From Octopus bimaculoides (taxonomy: Eukaryota), in the NCBI RefSeq assembly GCF_001194135.2, contig NC_069002.1:8186223-8250222 (forward strand): a DNA stretch of 64,000 nucleotides, given 5' to 3'. The translations under genes were made by a program, and so were the position numbers. The notes under the pieces are model-generated. The model saw only the letters and a list, made by a program, of their open reading frames with translations, was not told the DNA's origin and made no database searches. Shown piece after piece: positions 46,773-61,045 of this stretch. Each line of letters opens with the position of its first letter. Within the stretch, counting starts at the first letter, position 1.

Positions 46773-46920
46773 GCGCAGGAGTGGCTTTGTGGTAAGAAGC
46801 TTTCTTCCAAACCACATGGTTCCAAGCACCATCGGTAAGTGTCTTCTACTATAGCCTCTGACCGACCAAAGCCTTGTGAGTGGATTTAGTAGACGGAAAC
46901 TGAAAAAGAAGACCGTTGAG
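46773..46920 (+). mobile_element. SINE family 2 (5' half), paralogous to 18-177
   Basis: Family 2 head with flanking sequence homologous to the window start. Confidence 0.75.
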
Positions 46921-46923
46921 TAA

Positions 46924-46959
<36 letters not shown>

Positions 46960-47136
46960 TGTTGTATTTGGGGATGGTCAGCTTAGCCAACAAAAACACA
47001 CGCACTATATTTTTGGTATTAATTTGCTTCAGCTTTATTTTACATTAATCGTATTTCGGCCAGAGTTCTTTCGTCACACTTCTGTAACCTCATCAGTGGT
47101 CCTTTGCTTTCTTCTTTCTTATTTGTGTGTCCCTCC

Positions 47137-47181
47137 TTACTAACGATCAGCCATTTTGACAAAATGGCTGATCGTTAGTAA
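47137..47181. repeat. Perfect palindrome: 22-bp arms, 1-nt spacer
   Basis: TTACTAACGATCAGCCATTTTG A CAAAATGGCTGATCGTTAGTAA. Confidence 0.95.
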
Positions 47182-47843
47182 AGTATGTTATTCAAAATAT
47201 AACTCTCTTAGATTAACACACGTATTGTAGCGGTCCTTCAGTTTTTCTAAGCCCTGTAAAAGAAATCAGAAGGCTGGAACTCAACCAAGCCTTTTGTGAT
47301 ATCCTTAAAGTCAGGAACTCTTTAGCACACCTTGTGTATGTATATATATATACATATATATANNNNNNNNNNNNNNNNNNNNNNNNNNNNNNNNNNNNNN
47401 NNNNNNNNNNNNNNNNNNNNNNNNNNNNNNNNNNNNNNNNNNNNNNNNNNNNNNNNNNNNNNNNNNNNNNNNNNNNNNNNNNNNNNNNNNNNNNNNNNNN
47501 NNNNNNNNNNNNNNNNNNNNNNNNNNNNNNNNNNNNNNNNNNNNNNNNNNNNNNNNNNNNNNNNNNNNNNNNNNNNNNNNNNNNNNNNNNNNNNNNNNNN
47601 NNNNNNNNNNNNNNNNNNNNNNNNNNNNNNNNNNNNNNNNNNNNNNNNNNNNNNNNNNNNNNNNNNNNNNNNNNNNNNNNNNNNNNNNNNNNNNNNNNNN
47701 NNNNNNNNNNNNNNNNNNNNNNNNNNNNNNNNNNNNNNNNNNNNNNNNNNNNNNNNNNNNNNNNNNNNNNNNNNNNNNNNNNNNNNNNNNNNNNNNNNNN
47801 NNNNNNNNNNNNNNNNNNNNNNNNNNNNNNNNNNNNNNNNNNN

Positions 47844-47908
<65 letters not shown>

Positions 47909-49087
47909 CACATACATAAATACATGCATACATACGAGAGGATGCCGAAAATTTCCTGGCTTTGTGTAAAAGAAAATCCAGGAAGATCAATTAATTATGA
48001 TTTTAATCAGCATATTATTCTCTCAGACTCACACCCTTATTGCAGCGGCCCTTCAGTTTTTCTAAGCCCTGTAAAAAGAACTCAGAATGTTGGGCCCCCA
48101 ACCAGGCCCTTTGCAATACTCTTAAAGCCAGAAACTTTTCAGCAACCTCCTTGTATACATAATGATTGTAATTGCGAACGATTGGTAATGTTCTGTACTA
48201 CCTTTAAAGCTAACCATATGATTCCCTGTCTGTGTGTTTGTGTGGTGATCTTAGTAAGTAATGCGCTATGGACTAGATGGAGAGAAATGGAGAGTCAGCT
48301 GGACAATTCGTATAAGATAGTCGCTAGTAGCAGTTCTAGCAGACTTCTCTTCTGTATTTGTATGTGTCTATATATGTGTATAGGTGTATGCTGCACTTTA
48401 CATAGGCGAGGTGCTTTGTGTGCGCGTGTACGTTTCGATATTTGCATGTAGGATTAATTAGAAGGCTATGTCAATGTACCCGAATCGTATATAAGGAAAT
48501 TAAAAAAGAATCTGTAAGCACTTGCACACACATACATACGTATGCATAGAAGTAAGTCTGTATGCATGTATGCACATGTGCATCTGCATATGTACGTGCA
48601 TATATATATATATATATATATGTACGCATGATATATATGCATACACACACACACACACACACGTATATGTGTATATACTTTATGATAAAAGATGCGAAAA
48701 CATTACAAAAATATATCACGCATATTTTTGTGATGTTTTTGCAGTTTTAATAATAAAACATATCACTCTACCTCTGGTATTCGAGTACTATTTTTCCCAC
48801 CTTGTTTCACATTTATGAGCTTACTTTGGTATATATATATATATATNNNNNNNNNNNNNNNNNNNNNNNNNNNNNNNNNNNNNNNNNNNNNNNNNNNNNN
48901 NNNNNNNNNNNNNNNNNNNNNNNNNNNNNNNNNNNNNNNNNNNNNNNNNNNNNNNNNNNNNNNNNNNNNNNNNNNNNNNNNNNNNNNNNNNNNNNNNNNN
49001 NNNNNNNNNNNNNNNNNNNNNNNNNNNNNNNNNNNNNNNNNNNNNNNNNNNNNNNNNNNNNNNNNNNNNNNNNNNNNNNNNNNNNNN

Positions 49088-49150
<63 letters not shown>

Positions 49151-49431
49151 ATATGTAAGTCTCTATGCATGTGTGCGTGCGTGTATGTATGTATGTATGT
49201 ATGTAAGTATCTATGTATGTATGTATGGTTATGAGCATTAATGATCAGAGCAATCACTTGTTGGGGTCTGACTTGGATTTGACATATTCTATCTTATCAA
49301 TCTACAGTCACTTTGCTTGGAGTCTTATAAATCTGTCAATAATGGAAAGGCAATTAACAACTCCAAGTTTCTGTCTATCTATCTATTAAAACACGCGCAC
49401 ATGAAAGCATATAAATATAGAAAACGTTTTC

Positions 49432-49494
<63 letters not shown>

Positions 49495-50431
49495 ATATAT
49501 ATATATATATATATATAATTGTAAGAAGAATTCCATATTAAGTCAAAATATATATAATTGTTAATTAATCTGATTAATCTTAAGAAAAAAGCAGAATGTG
49601 ACTTACTCAAAATTTTGCAGATTTACTTTACTACATACCGAAACAATTTATTCCAATTTCCCACCAACTTTAAAAAAAAAAAAGTTCTATGCATTTATTA
49701 CTGATTGTGTGCATATAAATCCCTTTCCCGAAAACGAACTCAACCCGCTTGTATTCAGTGACATGTTACAATGTTCTGATACTACACATCGCATTCCTTA
49801 AAGATACGCTATTCTAAATGTAAATCAAAACGAAATGGAAATAGGAAGTCTCTTTAATTATTCCAGAAATATATCAACATAGACTGATATGTGTAATTCT
49901 GTGATGCAAGTTTTTGATGTAAGTCCGTGATGATATAAATCTGTAATTATTGGTCGACATTAAAAGAACATATTTGGTGACTAACATGTTATAATAATAT
50001 TCTGGATGTCTGCGCAGTGGTTAGCACTAACGTTTACCAAAATGTTACTACATTCGTTCTTTCGCTTTCAGAGAAAATTACTCATACCTTATGATTTTAT
50101 CAAAACTGAAAATTCTCAGAATATTTTCTTCTTGGACATCTGAAGAATGGAAAATGTGTTTCTTGATCAACGTTATTGATGCTTATCCACAGCAGGCACA
50201 CGCTGAAATATATTAGAAAATAAATGTATTCTAAAGAAAGGCAAAACTACGAACCAAGCAATGATGTATGCAAATGAGGTATGAAAATGTGTTTCTGACG
50301 GTGGTTAAAACATTCTTTAGATAGAGCAAAGTAAAATGTTGCTCGTGTGAGTTCAATTTCGAGTTCAACCGTTAAATGTAAATTATTTCACGTTCTCCCG
50401 AGGTTTCTAAATTCTTCTTTTGGCGACAACA

Positions 50432-50509
<78 letters not shown>

Positions 50510-51359
50510 TTATACAGAAGCAAAAATACAAAATTCTATTGCCTTCTGTAATTTATTGCAGAATTTCAGTAAAAAAAACCCCAATCAAAGTGCTTTTTGA
50601 ACTCTTTTATACCAACATATCTAATGAGTTAAATATTTATACGTTTCAATTTTCAATATATTGTGACGGTTTCCTGGGGAGGGTTGTTGGTAAATCAGTT
50701 AAAATCTCATGTCATCGTTAAAGTTATATGTTACATAGTTTCGATTTTATTTTCAATTTGAACATTCTAATAGGTGGGCGTGGGCATGTACTTCCTTGTA
50801 ATAAAACCAAGTGTAGACAAGATTATTTGTTTGATTTCAATGTTGTTCTTGTCCGTATTTCCATTTCTAATAACTTGTCCTTTTTTATGTTAAATACTGT
50901 TTTTATAAACGTATACTTTAAGTACAGATATTTTGAGTACTGTTTATTTATACTTAAACCTTGGTAATGTTTATAATTATATGACATTTATTTTTCAAAA
51001 TATTTTTATTCTGACCTTTGTAAACATGGTTTATATCAAAACTTGAAACGAGGTTTTGAAATGGTCTAATGTTTATATTTACATTAAATGTTTCATGGCA
51101 GAAGGAAAACAAACAAACAAATTTTTGTTGTTATGGTTCTAAATGTTTGGTAATAATTAAGAGAAATGTGGAAATTTATTTTATGTACAGTCTGTGTTAG
51201 TGGTCGTTGGTGAAGTGATGAAGATTTTGAATCGAGCGATGATGATGACGATGAGGACTTAGGTACAAGGCTAACAATTCTGAGGTGGGTTCAGTGAATA
51301 CAATAGATCCCAGTCCTTGGCTGTTATTTATGTTATTGACACCAAGGGATGAAAGCCAA

Positions 51360-51399
<40 letters not shown>

Positions 51400-52303
51400 G
51401 TCTATCTATTGTGAGTCTAGATTGCGTAACCTCTAGGTGTATTCATTATACAGCACTCAAAGCAAACTCCTGGCTATCTATACTATCTCCAAATTGAAGT
51501 ATCGGTCTTAAGACTGGTACTTAAACGGAAGAAAGTTCATTAGTGTGGCAAATATAGCTTCTACAAATAAAGCAAGAGGCAGTTTACGTAAGAGAAACAT
51601 AACATGGTTTAATCCCTCCTTTGAATTTCATGTCGCGACAAACACACCAAGTGTGTGTCTTTAGAGCACTGGATAGGTATCTTTTCCCTGCTCATAGATA
51701 CATAGCATCCTTATTAAGCAAACTATCAAATTAGCATACACCACTATACCAAACGTTTTGAAGAATCTAGCTGCGATAAATAAGATAATGTAAAATAATA
51801 TCAGCTGGGACCCACTAAACCTTTAAAAAAGTACAATAGTCGATGTAATCGATTTCCCCATACCCTTGTGCCAAAATTTGAAACTAATATTACTTTCGTT
51901 TTTTTTTTTCTTGCTTTGTTTTCTATTGTATATTTTCTGTCTAAATATTAGAGGATGTCGGTATGACTATACAATACACAATGCATTATAAAGATGGAGA
52001 TATTAGAGTCTGATGTTACATATTGAGCTCTAAGTAATTAGTTATAAGTTGTATTATGATGTGTGTGTGTGTGTATGTGTGTGAATTAATAGATAATTAT
52101 GTATGTGAATCTGTGTGAGTATATATATAGGTATATATTTGCACACACACACTCACACACATATATATATTTATATTCATATATATGTATATATATATAC
52201 ACGTGCATATATATTTTAAATTATATATATATGTATATCTAATATATATATATATATATATATACATATATGTATATATATGTATATAGATGTATATATA
52301 TGC

Positions 52304-52341
<38 letters not shown>

Positions 52342-53089
52342 NNNNNNNNNNNNNNNNNNNNNNNNNNNNNNNNNNNNNNNNNNNNNNNNNNNNNNNNNNN
52401 NNNNNNNNNNNNNNNNNNNNNNNNNNNNNNNNNNNNNNNNNNNNNNNNNNNNNNNNNNNNNNNNNNNNNNNNATATTTTAAATTATATATATATGTATAT
52501 CTAATATATATATATATATATATATACATATATGTTCACATACGCGGATACGCACACATATAGATAGACAGGTAGATAGATTTGTATATTTTCAATTTAT
52601 CCAAGTTTGTATACAGTTAGATTAAATTTTATTAAAAAATATCTACAAATTCAATTTAACTAACAAATAACTGATACACGTGTTCAAAACAAGTTCGTGA
52701 TGTTATCATATAAAGCTTGTTATATTTGTTTCATCTGTTATAATTATATTTTCGCTCCCATTTTTCACAAATAAAAATTTATAATAATAATGAGTTATTG
52801 ACGAAAAGTATATTTTACAGACTGTGCTGAAAACTCAGTTCACGAAACTTAGTAATTTTATGGGTATCATTGTGCTGCTATTCGTCTAATAATATTGTTA
52901 TCTAGTACATATGGTGCGGCGGTGTCGTGATAAAGATGGTACTTTTGGTGACTTGGCCACTGCTTCTCACTTGGTAGGAAGGACGGGCTTCAGTTAGTTT
53001 CTAAATCTCTCGTATGTTGGCCTTAAGAGGTTCTCACTCATCTACTAAATCTCACTTGTGCTGGCTCCAAGTTCTTTCGTCACCCCTGG

Positions 53090-53500
53090 TGCATCATCTC
53101 AGCTGCCGGGCTATCCCATATAAAGTGATTGCGTTTACATTGCATAAATAGGTAGATGGAGTAGCAGAAGTAATGGCCAACGATTAGGGCGGAAGAATCA
53201 GAAGACTGATGACTAGATATCCCTGACAGGCGACCGTTCCACACTATACTTCGTGGGCCTCGGCTGTCAGTCAACAAATGCAGTTCCTCCTACAATCTCT
53301 TTCCTGAATAACGAATGATTGGGCTTCAGGTTAGCACTCTGTCCTCGAAAAGGCTCCAGTTTTGAAAACAGTTCAAAATGCAAAATCATCGTAGCAGCCG
53401 AGACAAAAATGATGTAGGAAAGATGGCTGCTGACCGACGACGCTGGAGTACTTTGACTGTCAAATGCAACGCCCAACGTTGGAGCACCCCAGTCTGTGTA
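53090..53500 (+). mobile_element. Possible decayed 3' end of an RTE-like LINE
   Basis: Contains KMAADRRRWSTL, resembling RTE ORF2 termini; upstream frames are broken by stops. Confidence 0.3.
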
Positions 53501-53813
53501 AGTGAGCGTGTGCATGCTTTGATCTTTGTGTGAGGACACAATCATGTTCAGATCACTTATATTTAGAGAATATGTTTCAGTACTGTATACCAGACCTGAA
53601 TATAGGTCACAGTTAAGGTCAAATAAAGGAGATAATAAGGGAAATCTAATTGCTAAAAGTACCAAACGGATCTGCCTCGAATCGCATCATAACCTTTAAA
53701 AAAATAAATGGAAAATGATACATTGGCCAATATATTATAAAAAAAATAAACCTTGATGTCTTTCATCATAGGTGAGCTGAATCAGGGTTGACCTAGGGTT
53801 AAATCACGACAAC

Positions 53814-53873
<60 letters not shown>

Positions 53874-54339
53874 TCAAAGAGAGAAGCCAAAGGCTAGCAG
53901 AAGTCGACTTTGCCTTTTATTCCTTCGGGGGTCGATAAAATAAATACCAGTTGAAAAGTGGAGGGAGGGGGGCGATCTAATTGACTTACCACCTGCACAA
54001 AATTTGCTAGCCTTAGGTCAAAATTTGAAATCAATATCAAAGAGGAGCCATATTAATAATGTTGTCTACTTTCTTTAACTGAAATACGCTGGAGAGTACA
54101 GAGACCTATACGCATCTATTTTGATGTATTGTTTTATTTCAGAGACGTTATTGTAATATATCCATGTGATCTGTACCGTTTTATTTTAGAACTATTAATG
54201 TATCTATGCGGACTATACCATTCTGTGTATTGAAATACAAATGGCGATGTGTACTATACTATTTTATTTCATAGACAGTTATCCATGTGAGCACATTCTA
54301 TCGTATCGATATGCATATATCTCGATTGATTGCATCACT

Positions 54340-54815
54340 GTATTGGATAAACACGTATATTTATGTGGCTTGGACCATTCTATTGTATAGACAAATACGT
54401 AGCTATGTGGACTCTACCATTCTGTTGTGTAGGCAAACATGCATATTTATATGGCTTGGAATTTTCTGTTGTATAGACAGATACGTAGCTAGGTGGATTC
54501 TACCATTCTGCTGTATGGAGAGATACGTAGCTATGTGGACTCTACCATTCTGTTGTATAGATAAATACTGGGTTATGTGGACTACAATTGTGTTGTATAG
54601 GCAGATACGTAGCTATGTGGACTCTACCATTCTCTTGTATAGGCAAACACATATATTTATGTGGCTTGAACCGTTCTGTTGTTTAAACAGATTCGTAGCT
54701 ATATGGGATCTACTGTGTTACTGTATAGATAAATACGTAGCTATGTGGACTCTACCATTCTGTTGTATAGACAAATATGTAGCAACGTGGCATGTACCAT
54801 TTTATTGTGGAGGCA
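54340..54815. repeat. Minisatellite, about 40-42-bp unit (ATACGTAGCTATGTGGACTCTACCATTCTGTTGTATAGACAA) with a second interleaved variant
   Basis: Roughly a dozen degenerate units counted by eye. Confidence 0.8.
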
Positions 54816-56069
54816 TACATGTACGTATCTAAGTGTAATGTACCACTGTATTTTGCTGAGGTAGCATGGTTTGCTACACCATGAGAATAAAACATCTTAC
54901 ATGACTTTATACAGCGCATTTATTATGTGTGTGTGTGTGTGTTCGTATGTGTATCCATGCAATTATTGCCCACATTTATTTCAGATTTCTCCAATAATTT
55001 GCAAAATAAATTAACACCAGTTAGAGGTAAAACCAACAACAGTTAATTGATGCTACCAATATTGACTGTATTTCACACCAAGCAGGAATTTAGACTCCAC
55101 TTTTATCTATCTGGACAGACACATCTAATCCGATCATCAACACCTTAACATATTCATATAGATTTATTACTAATCGCCTGTTTTATTTTATAGCATCAGT
55201 GCGGTACTTCTTCCAGCTCTTTACGTTACTAATTCATATTCTTCCGAAGTCGACTTTGCTTTTCGTCCTTTCGGGATCGATAAAATAAATACAAGTTGAG
55301 TACTGGAATTGATGTAATCGATCTGCCTCCTCCCGTTAAAAATTGCTGTTATTTTTTTTTTTTGTTTATCCAAAATTTGAAATAGCTCTTATCACCAATA
55401 TTTCATTACGTGTAAGTTGGCGAGCTGGTAGAATTGTTACCGGACAAAACGTTTAGCAGCATTTCTTCCGTCCTTACCATCTGAGTTGAGTACTGGGGCT
55501 ACAAAGTAAGTTTATAACTGTATATAGTTGGTTTGAAGAATGTTAAATGTGTTTAAACTCGATAATTTTCTATTCTAATCAAAAATTCCTGGAGGAATTC
55601 TTGACCCATTTCCTTATATATATATTTCAATGGAGAGTGTTTATGAAAAATAAATAGGTGAACATTTTTTTGATTGAAATATTTTGGTAGCAAATAATGA
55701 ACTGAAATAGAAAAAATCACATATTTTCTCTGAATTCAATGAATGAACTTTAGATGACCAAGTTAAAGTGCTACAAATATAATTCTTGCGTTTTCTTGCT
55801 TTCTATCTCCATATATTTCATGATTTTATTGGAAAAAAAAATTAAATTATTGACCAGATTCAATCTTTGAACGCTGTTAAAAACAAACGAAAGAAAACGA
55901 AACAAAAAACGAAAAAAGGAAACGTGGCCAAACACACACACACACATACACACACACACACACACACGCACGCACACAAGCACACACATGCACACACATT
56001 CACATATATATACACATTATATACATATACAAACACATACACGCTCAAACATACACATTCACAGACATT

Positions 56070-56123
<54 letters not shown>

Positions 56124-56501
56124 AACGCACGCACACACACATATGCACTCACACACAAACACGCACACACACACGCACGCACACCCACACACCCACGCAC
56201 ACACACACACATATACGCGGTTATTACCAATTCAGATAATGCTTGGTGGCAGTAATAATTGTTGCAGCATTTATGTACTAGCAGCGATAGTAGGGTAGTC
56301 AGTTCGTGGAAGTGGTTGAAAAGAGGAGAATCAGATTCGTAAAATTAGTTCAAGGAAAGCAAGAGTTCAAAGACTGGAGGAATCTTCAGGCAGCAGTTGC
56401 TGTTGTGGTCCTTGCTGCTGCTGCGGCTGCTGTTGTTTTCTGGCGGTCGTTGCTGCTGTTGTTATTGTAATAGTTGCTGTTACTGTAGTAGTAGTAGTAG
56501 T

Positions 56502-56915
56502 GGCGCAATAGCCCAGTGGTTCGGGCAGCGGCCTCGCGGTCATAGGATCGCGGTTTCGATTCCCAGACCGGGCGTTGTGAGTGTTTATTGAGCGAAAACA
56601 CCTAAAAAAGCTCCACCAGGCTCCNNNNNNNNNNNNNNNNNNNNNNNNNNNNNNNNNNNNNNNNNNNNNNNNNNNNNNNNNNNNNNNNNNNNNNNNNNNN
56701 NNNNNNNNNNNNNNNNNNNNNNNNNNNNNNNNNNNNNNNNNNNNNNNNNNNNNNNNNNNNNNNNNNNNNNNNNNNNNNNNNNNNNNNNNNNNNNNNNNNN
56801 NNNNNNNNNNNNNNNNNNNNNNNNNNNNNNNNNNNNNNNNNNNNNNNNNNNNNNNNNNNNNNNNNNNNNNNNNNNNNNNNACTGGAACCCTCGACGTCGT
56901 AAGCGACGGAGTACC
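56502..56915 (+). mobile_element. SINE family 1 copy spanning a gap, inside a trinucleotide low-complexity tract
   Basis: Head at 56502-56624 and tail at 56881-56915 match family 1. Confidence 0.8.
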
Positions 56916-58621
56916 AGCAACTGCAGTAGTAATGGTTATTGCTATAACCGTTGCTGTTTTTGTTATTGTTGCTGGGGACGTTGTAGCTATTGTTGTAGTT
57001 GTAACTAAATGCTGTGATCAATGCTGCTGTTACTGCTGCTGTTGTTGTTATTGTAGTTGTTACTGTTGTTACTGCTGCGGTCGTTGCTTCTGTTGTTCTA
57101 CAATTGTAAGTTGTCATTATTGCTGTTGTTTCGGCAGAGAAATAATAACTCACAATTCCCCCCCCCCCAACCACCATCACATGTTGTTGATGGGGTTATT
57201 CATCAATCATAAAAGATGCTGTGATTAAATAGAACATTTGTATCAATTTGTTTTGTTGCTACTCTTGTTGTTGTTGCTGAACCCAGATAACAAAATATGA
57301 AGAAGAAAAAAAAAACATGTAAAAAAAAACAAAAAAACAAAACGAGAATGGTAAAAATCATAGAGCAGAAACCATATAAGGCGTGTTTTATCTCGCTGGA
57401 TGGACCAGCGGACACTGGAATGCTCTAAGGATTTCTTATCAGCAGAATATGCAAGAGAAAGCTTAACCGCTGAGCGCTGGGATAACTTAATAAACTGATG
57501 TAAGAGAATACGATGATCCATTTTCGAAAAATTTCGTGGATTGAAACAGGATTCGAGAGTAAGACATGTCTTTGTGGTGGTAAATGGAACGGTAGAGAAT
57601 AGATAACAGAACATTATAGAATTATTAGAATATTAGATTTTCCGGAGCAGCACGTAGAATGGTTGACGAAAAATTTTGAGTCACTGAGGCTTGTAGAAGT
57701 GAGAAGCTCTTGTTTGTAACTTTTGCAAGCAAACGTTTCGCTGATCCGTGTTGATATCTGCCAACCGACTATAAATAATGATGTGCAAGATAAACAATGA
57801 GACTTAAAACGCTCAAAGAATTGTTTAAATTTCATAAGTGTTTGATGGGAACTTTAAATTAGTCTGAGAAAAACGCCCAGGTTTTTGGAGATATAACCAA
57901 ATGTATTAAGTCTCGTTCATTTTCGTCCGACGTTTGAAATAATTTTGTTTAATCGTATTAGGAGTAAAAACACGTATTTGTAAGACTTACTTCACTTAAG
58001 TATTAACTATTACGTCTGGTTTCTTGTTCCGGAAGTTTACTCACGAAACACAATATTCGAGATTCTAGATTCACTAAATTAATGGATAGAAGTTCGTTTC
58101 ACAGACGTCGTTCTGAAAGAGAAAAGAAATTTCGAAAACAAAAAAAACAAACCCAATGAAAATTCTGATTCACTCACTCACTCGCTCACTCACACACTAC
58201 ACAAAGTTCGTCCGGAAATAATGGTTTGTCAGATGTGGACCATTATTTCACACTGAGATGTCGTTTTATATTTTATTACGCCCAGCTATGTCGTTTGTCT
58301 TTATAAGACAAACATCTAACGATACACACATAAAAACATCCATTGTACAAATATCTGCGCATTTATACACGTAAACGTTTACATTAAATTTATTAAGAGT
58401 TGCGGTGTAATTAATATATGTCAACTACACATTTCGAAAGCAAAATAACAAATTGTGCTTCTATTGAAGAGGAAACATTGATGATGTATTCTCCCCTTGA
58501 TACTCTTCTAATTAAACTTTATCACTTAACTCCGTGGAGACCGAATATGCTCTGAGTTGACAAAAGTCGATTGCAATGTAAAAATTAGCGTGTAATAGTG
58601 TGGATATTCTGAGTAGCAATA

Positions 58622-58669
<48 letters not shown>

Positions 58670-59083
58670 TACACACACACACACACACACATACACACGC
58701 ACACGCACGTACGCAGCAAGCACGCGCACACATGCAATCTCATACAAGAGCAGGCATGTCTGTGTAGTTCAGAAGCTCTTTGTAACCCTGTAGTTTCGGG
58801 TTCAATTTCCCTGCGCGACGCCTTGGTCAGGTGGTCAAGTGACCTCCACTATATCAACGGCTCACTCAATGGCTTGTAAGTGAATTTGGTCGATGGAAAC
58901 TGTGTAGACGCCCATCATTCATATATACAGACGTTACTATACCCGTGCCTTTTGGTTGGACATTGCGAAAAGTCCACCTTAATAATTTATATATGGCTCA
59001 GTGGTTAGAGCATCAAGCTTACGATCATGAGGTTGTGAGTTCTCTCTCCCTCTCTCTCTCTATCTCTCTCTCTCTATATATGT

Positions 59084-59123
<40 letters not shown>

Positions 59124-60839
59124 ACGTGCATTTGTGTGCGCTCACGTAAGTGTGGTTGTCCATATATATTTGTGAATGTATGTACCTATTTGTGTGTGTG
59201 CGCATTTGTGTGAATGCATGTGTGTATTTTGCGTGCGCCGGTGAGCGTCTCTAAGTACTTGTGAACATATCTTTGTGCGTGCGTGCGTAGGCATATTTGT
59301 GCACGCACATATGCATATTTTGTGTATCTGTGTACATGTATTTGTGCATGTGCATGCACTCGTGTGTGCCCTTGTGCGTGTGTGTGAAACTGTCGTTACT
59401 CTGAATTTATCGATCGTTCATATAACAGAAAATATTAATGGCTGTTTGATTTATACAAGAATTCACTACACGATGAGTTACTCTTTATTCTTCGATGGTC
59501 ACAACGGGCCAGTGCTTTGCTTATCATAACCTTGTATATATTTGGTTAGGTTATACCCGTTAACTTTATATTCTCAATGTTCCTTCGGCAAATAACTCTT
59601 CAAACTGGTTTTCAGGTTAGAGTTACATAACGTATTTTTAGAATCAAGAGAGGACTTGTATTATCTCTGTCACTGAAAAGTAAAATTCATACTCATAACA
59701 CAGATGAACAAGGTCCGCAATAAAAACAACGTAAATGCTAGTAACAGCTGACAAGGCAATAGAAACTTCGAAATTTACAGCCTCAACCTAAGTTTTTCAG
59801 AAACATTTCGCCATTGTTATAGCGTAAATGCAACTACAGAATTGCACTAATCGGTCCAATCAATGACAAATGTCTCTCGAATGCTTTTGTGTATATAGCT
59901 ACCGTGACAAAACCAAATTGTACAATATTGGTATACAGAGGGTTAACAGAAAGTAACTTAAAAACATCGGTGTACACAGAATGTACATTCCTACATAGCC
60001 AAAGACAAAATCAGCTCAGCATTAATATTCTGAAACATTTGAAAGCTCTAAAGCTGTGGAATCAATATTTTGATAAAATAGAGTATTTCCGAAAACGTTA
60101 TGTTGTACGTAATTGGGATACACAAATGTAACCTTTGCGTAGCAGAAAAATATCATATTTTGATAATATTACGGAACACATTAAACAAAAAAGACGTCTC
60201 ATTCACTATATTCCCTCTTTAAAACATGCCGTATGAAAGAGATTTATAATGTAACCAGCCTAAATGGTATAATACTATGTGAAGTAATCTTCCTCCGAAT
60301 TTATAAATCTCTTGTATAACTACCACTTCAAAGCAACCATTACCAGCAGGGTTATCTTTAGGAATACGGAGAAGGTTAGAGTTACCTTCTAGTAACTATC
60401 TAAACACACACAAAGTTACAATATCTCCAGATGATTTGACATGCCGTGAACAATGAAAAATATTTCAAGGGCCATCTACAAGTGCCTTCTTGTTCAATCC
60501 CGTCCATCATAGTTTTCTATTGTTGCCTAGGAATGTCTCACGAGAAACGCTGAGTAGCTTTGAATTCCTAAGTTAAATATAAACTACAACATATATTATT
60601 TATACGTTCCCGGTTCGGTGTTCGGGGCGATTACAGCCCCTATCAGAGTTTATGTTGTGTGCTTTATAAAAGCGTTGGAGAATTTAGCTCTTATTTCTAG
60701 CAATGTAGCTGTCTTGACACCCTTAGTCACGCTTAGCTGAGGACTATAATTCTCCTTATATATATATATATATATTAGAGTTTAGTATAAGAATGAAAGA
60801 ATAGGATATATTTATACACACACATACACACACGCACAG

Positions 60840-60842
<3 letters not shown>

Positions 60843-60891
<49 letters not shown>

Positions 60892-60941
60892 GTAGTAGTA
60901 GTAGTAGTAGTAGTAATAGTAGCGGGTCGTGGTAGTAATAA

Positions 60942-61007
<66 letters not shown>

Positions 61008-61045
61008 TGGTATTGGTGGTGGTGGTGGTGGTGGTGGTGGTGGTA
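60843..61045. repeat. Compound microsatellite (TAT)n(TAG)n(TGG)n
   Basis: Seen directly; similar compound tracts at about 24655-24880 and 45470-45590. Confidence 0.95.

Larger units (their letters stand above)
32240..46920 (-). repeat. Right arm of the inverted segmental duplication
   Basis: For example, 32245-32350 matches 23070-23205, 33120-33400 matches 22335-22600, 46100-46430 matches 570-900, and 46600-46920 matches 18-330. Confidence 0.85.

Noticed and set aside
47225-48140. Diverged direct repeat of about 105 bp (47225-47330 and 48035-48140)
   Set aside because: Probably an old local duplication or dispersed repeat; no termini, TSD or LTR features seen.
52205-52530. Repeated AT-rich block
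   Set aside because: Gap-flanking duplicate within a TA microsatellite.
57330-57850. Possible decayed Tc1/mariner transposase
   Set aside because: Only vague resemblance; no DDE motifs or TIRs could be identified by eye.
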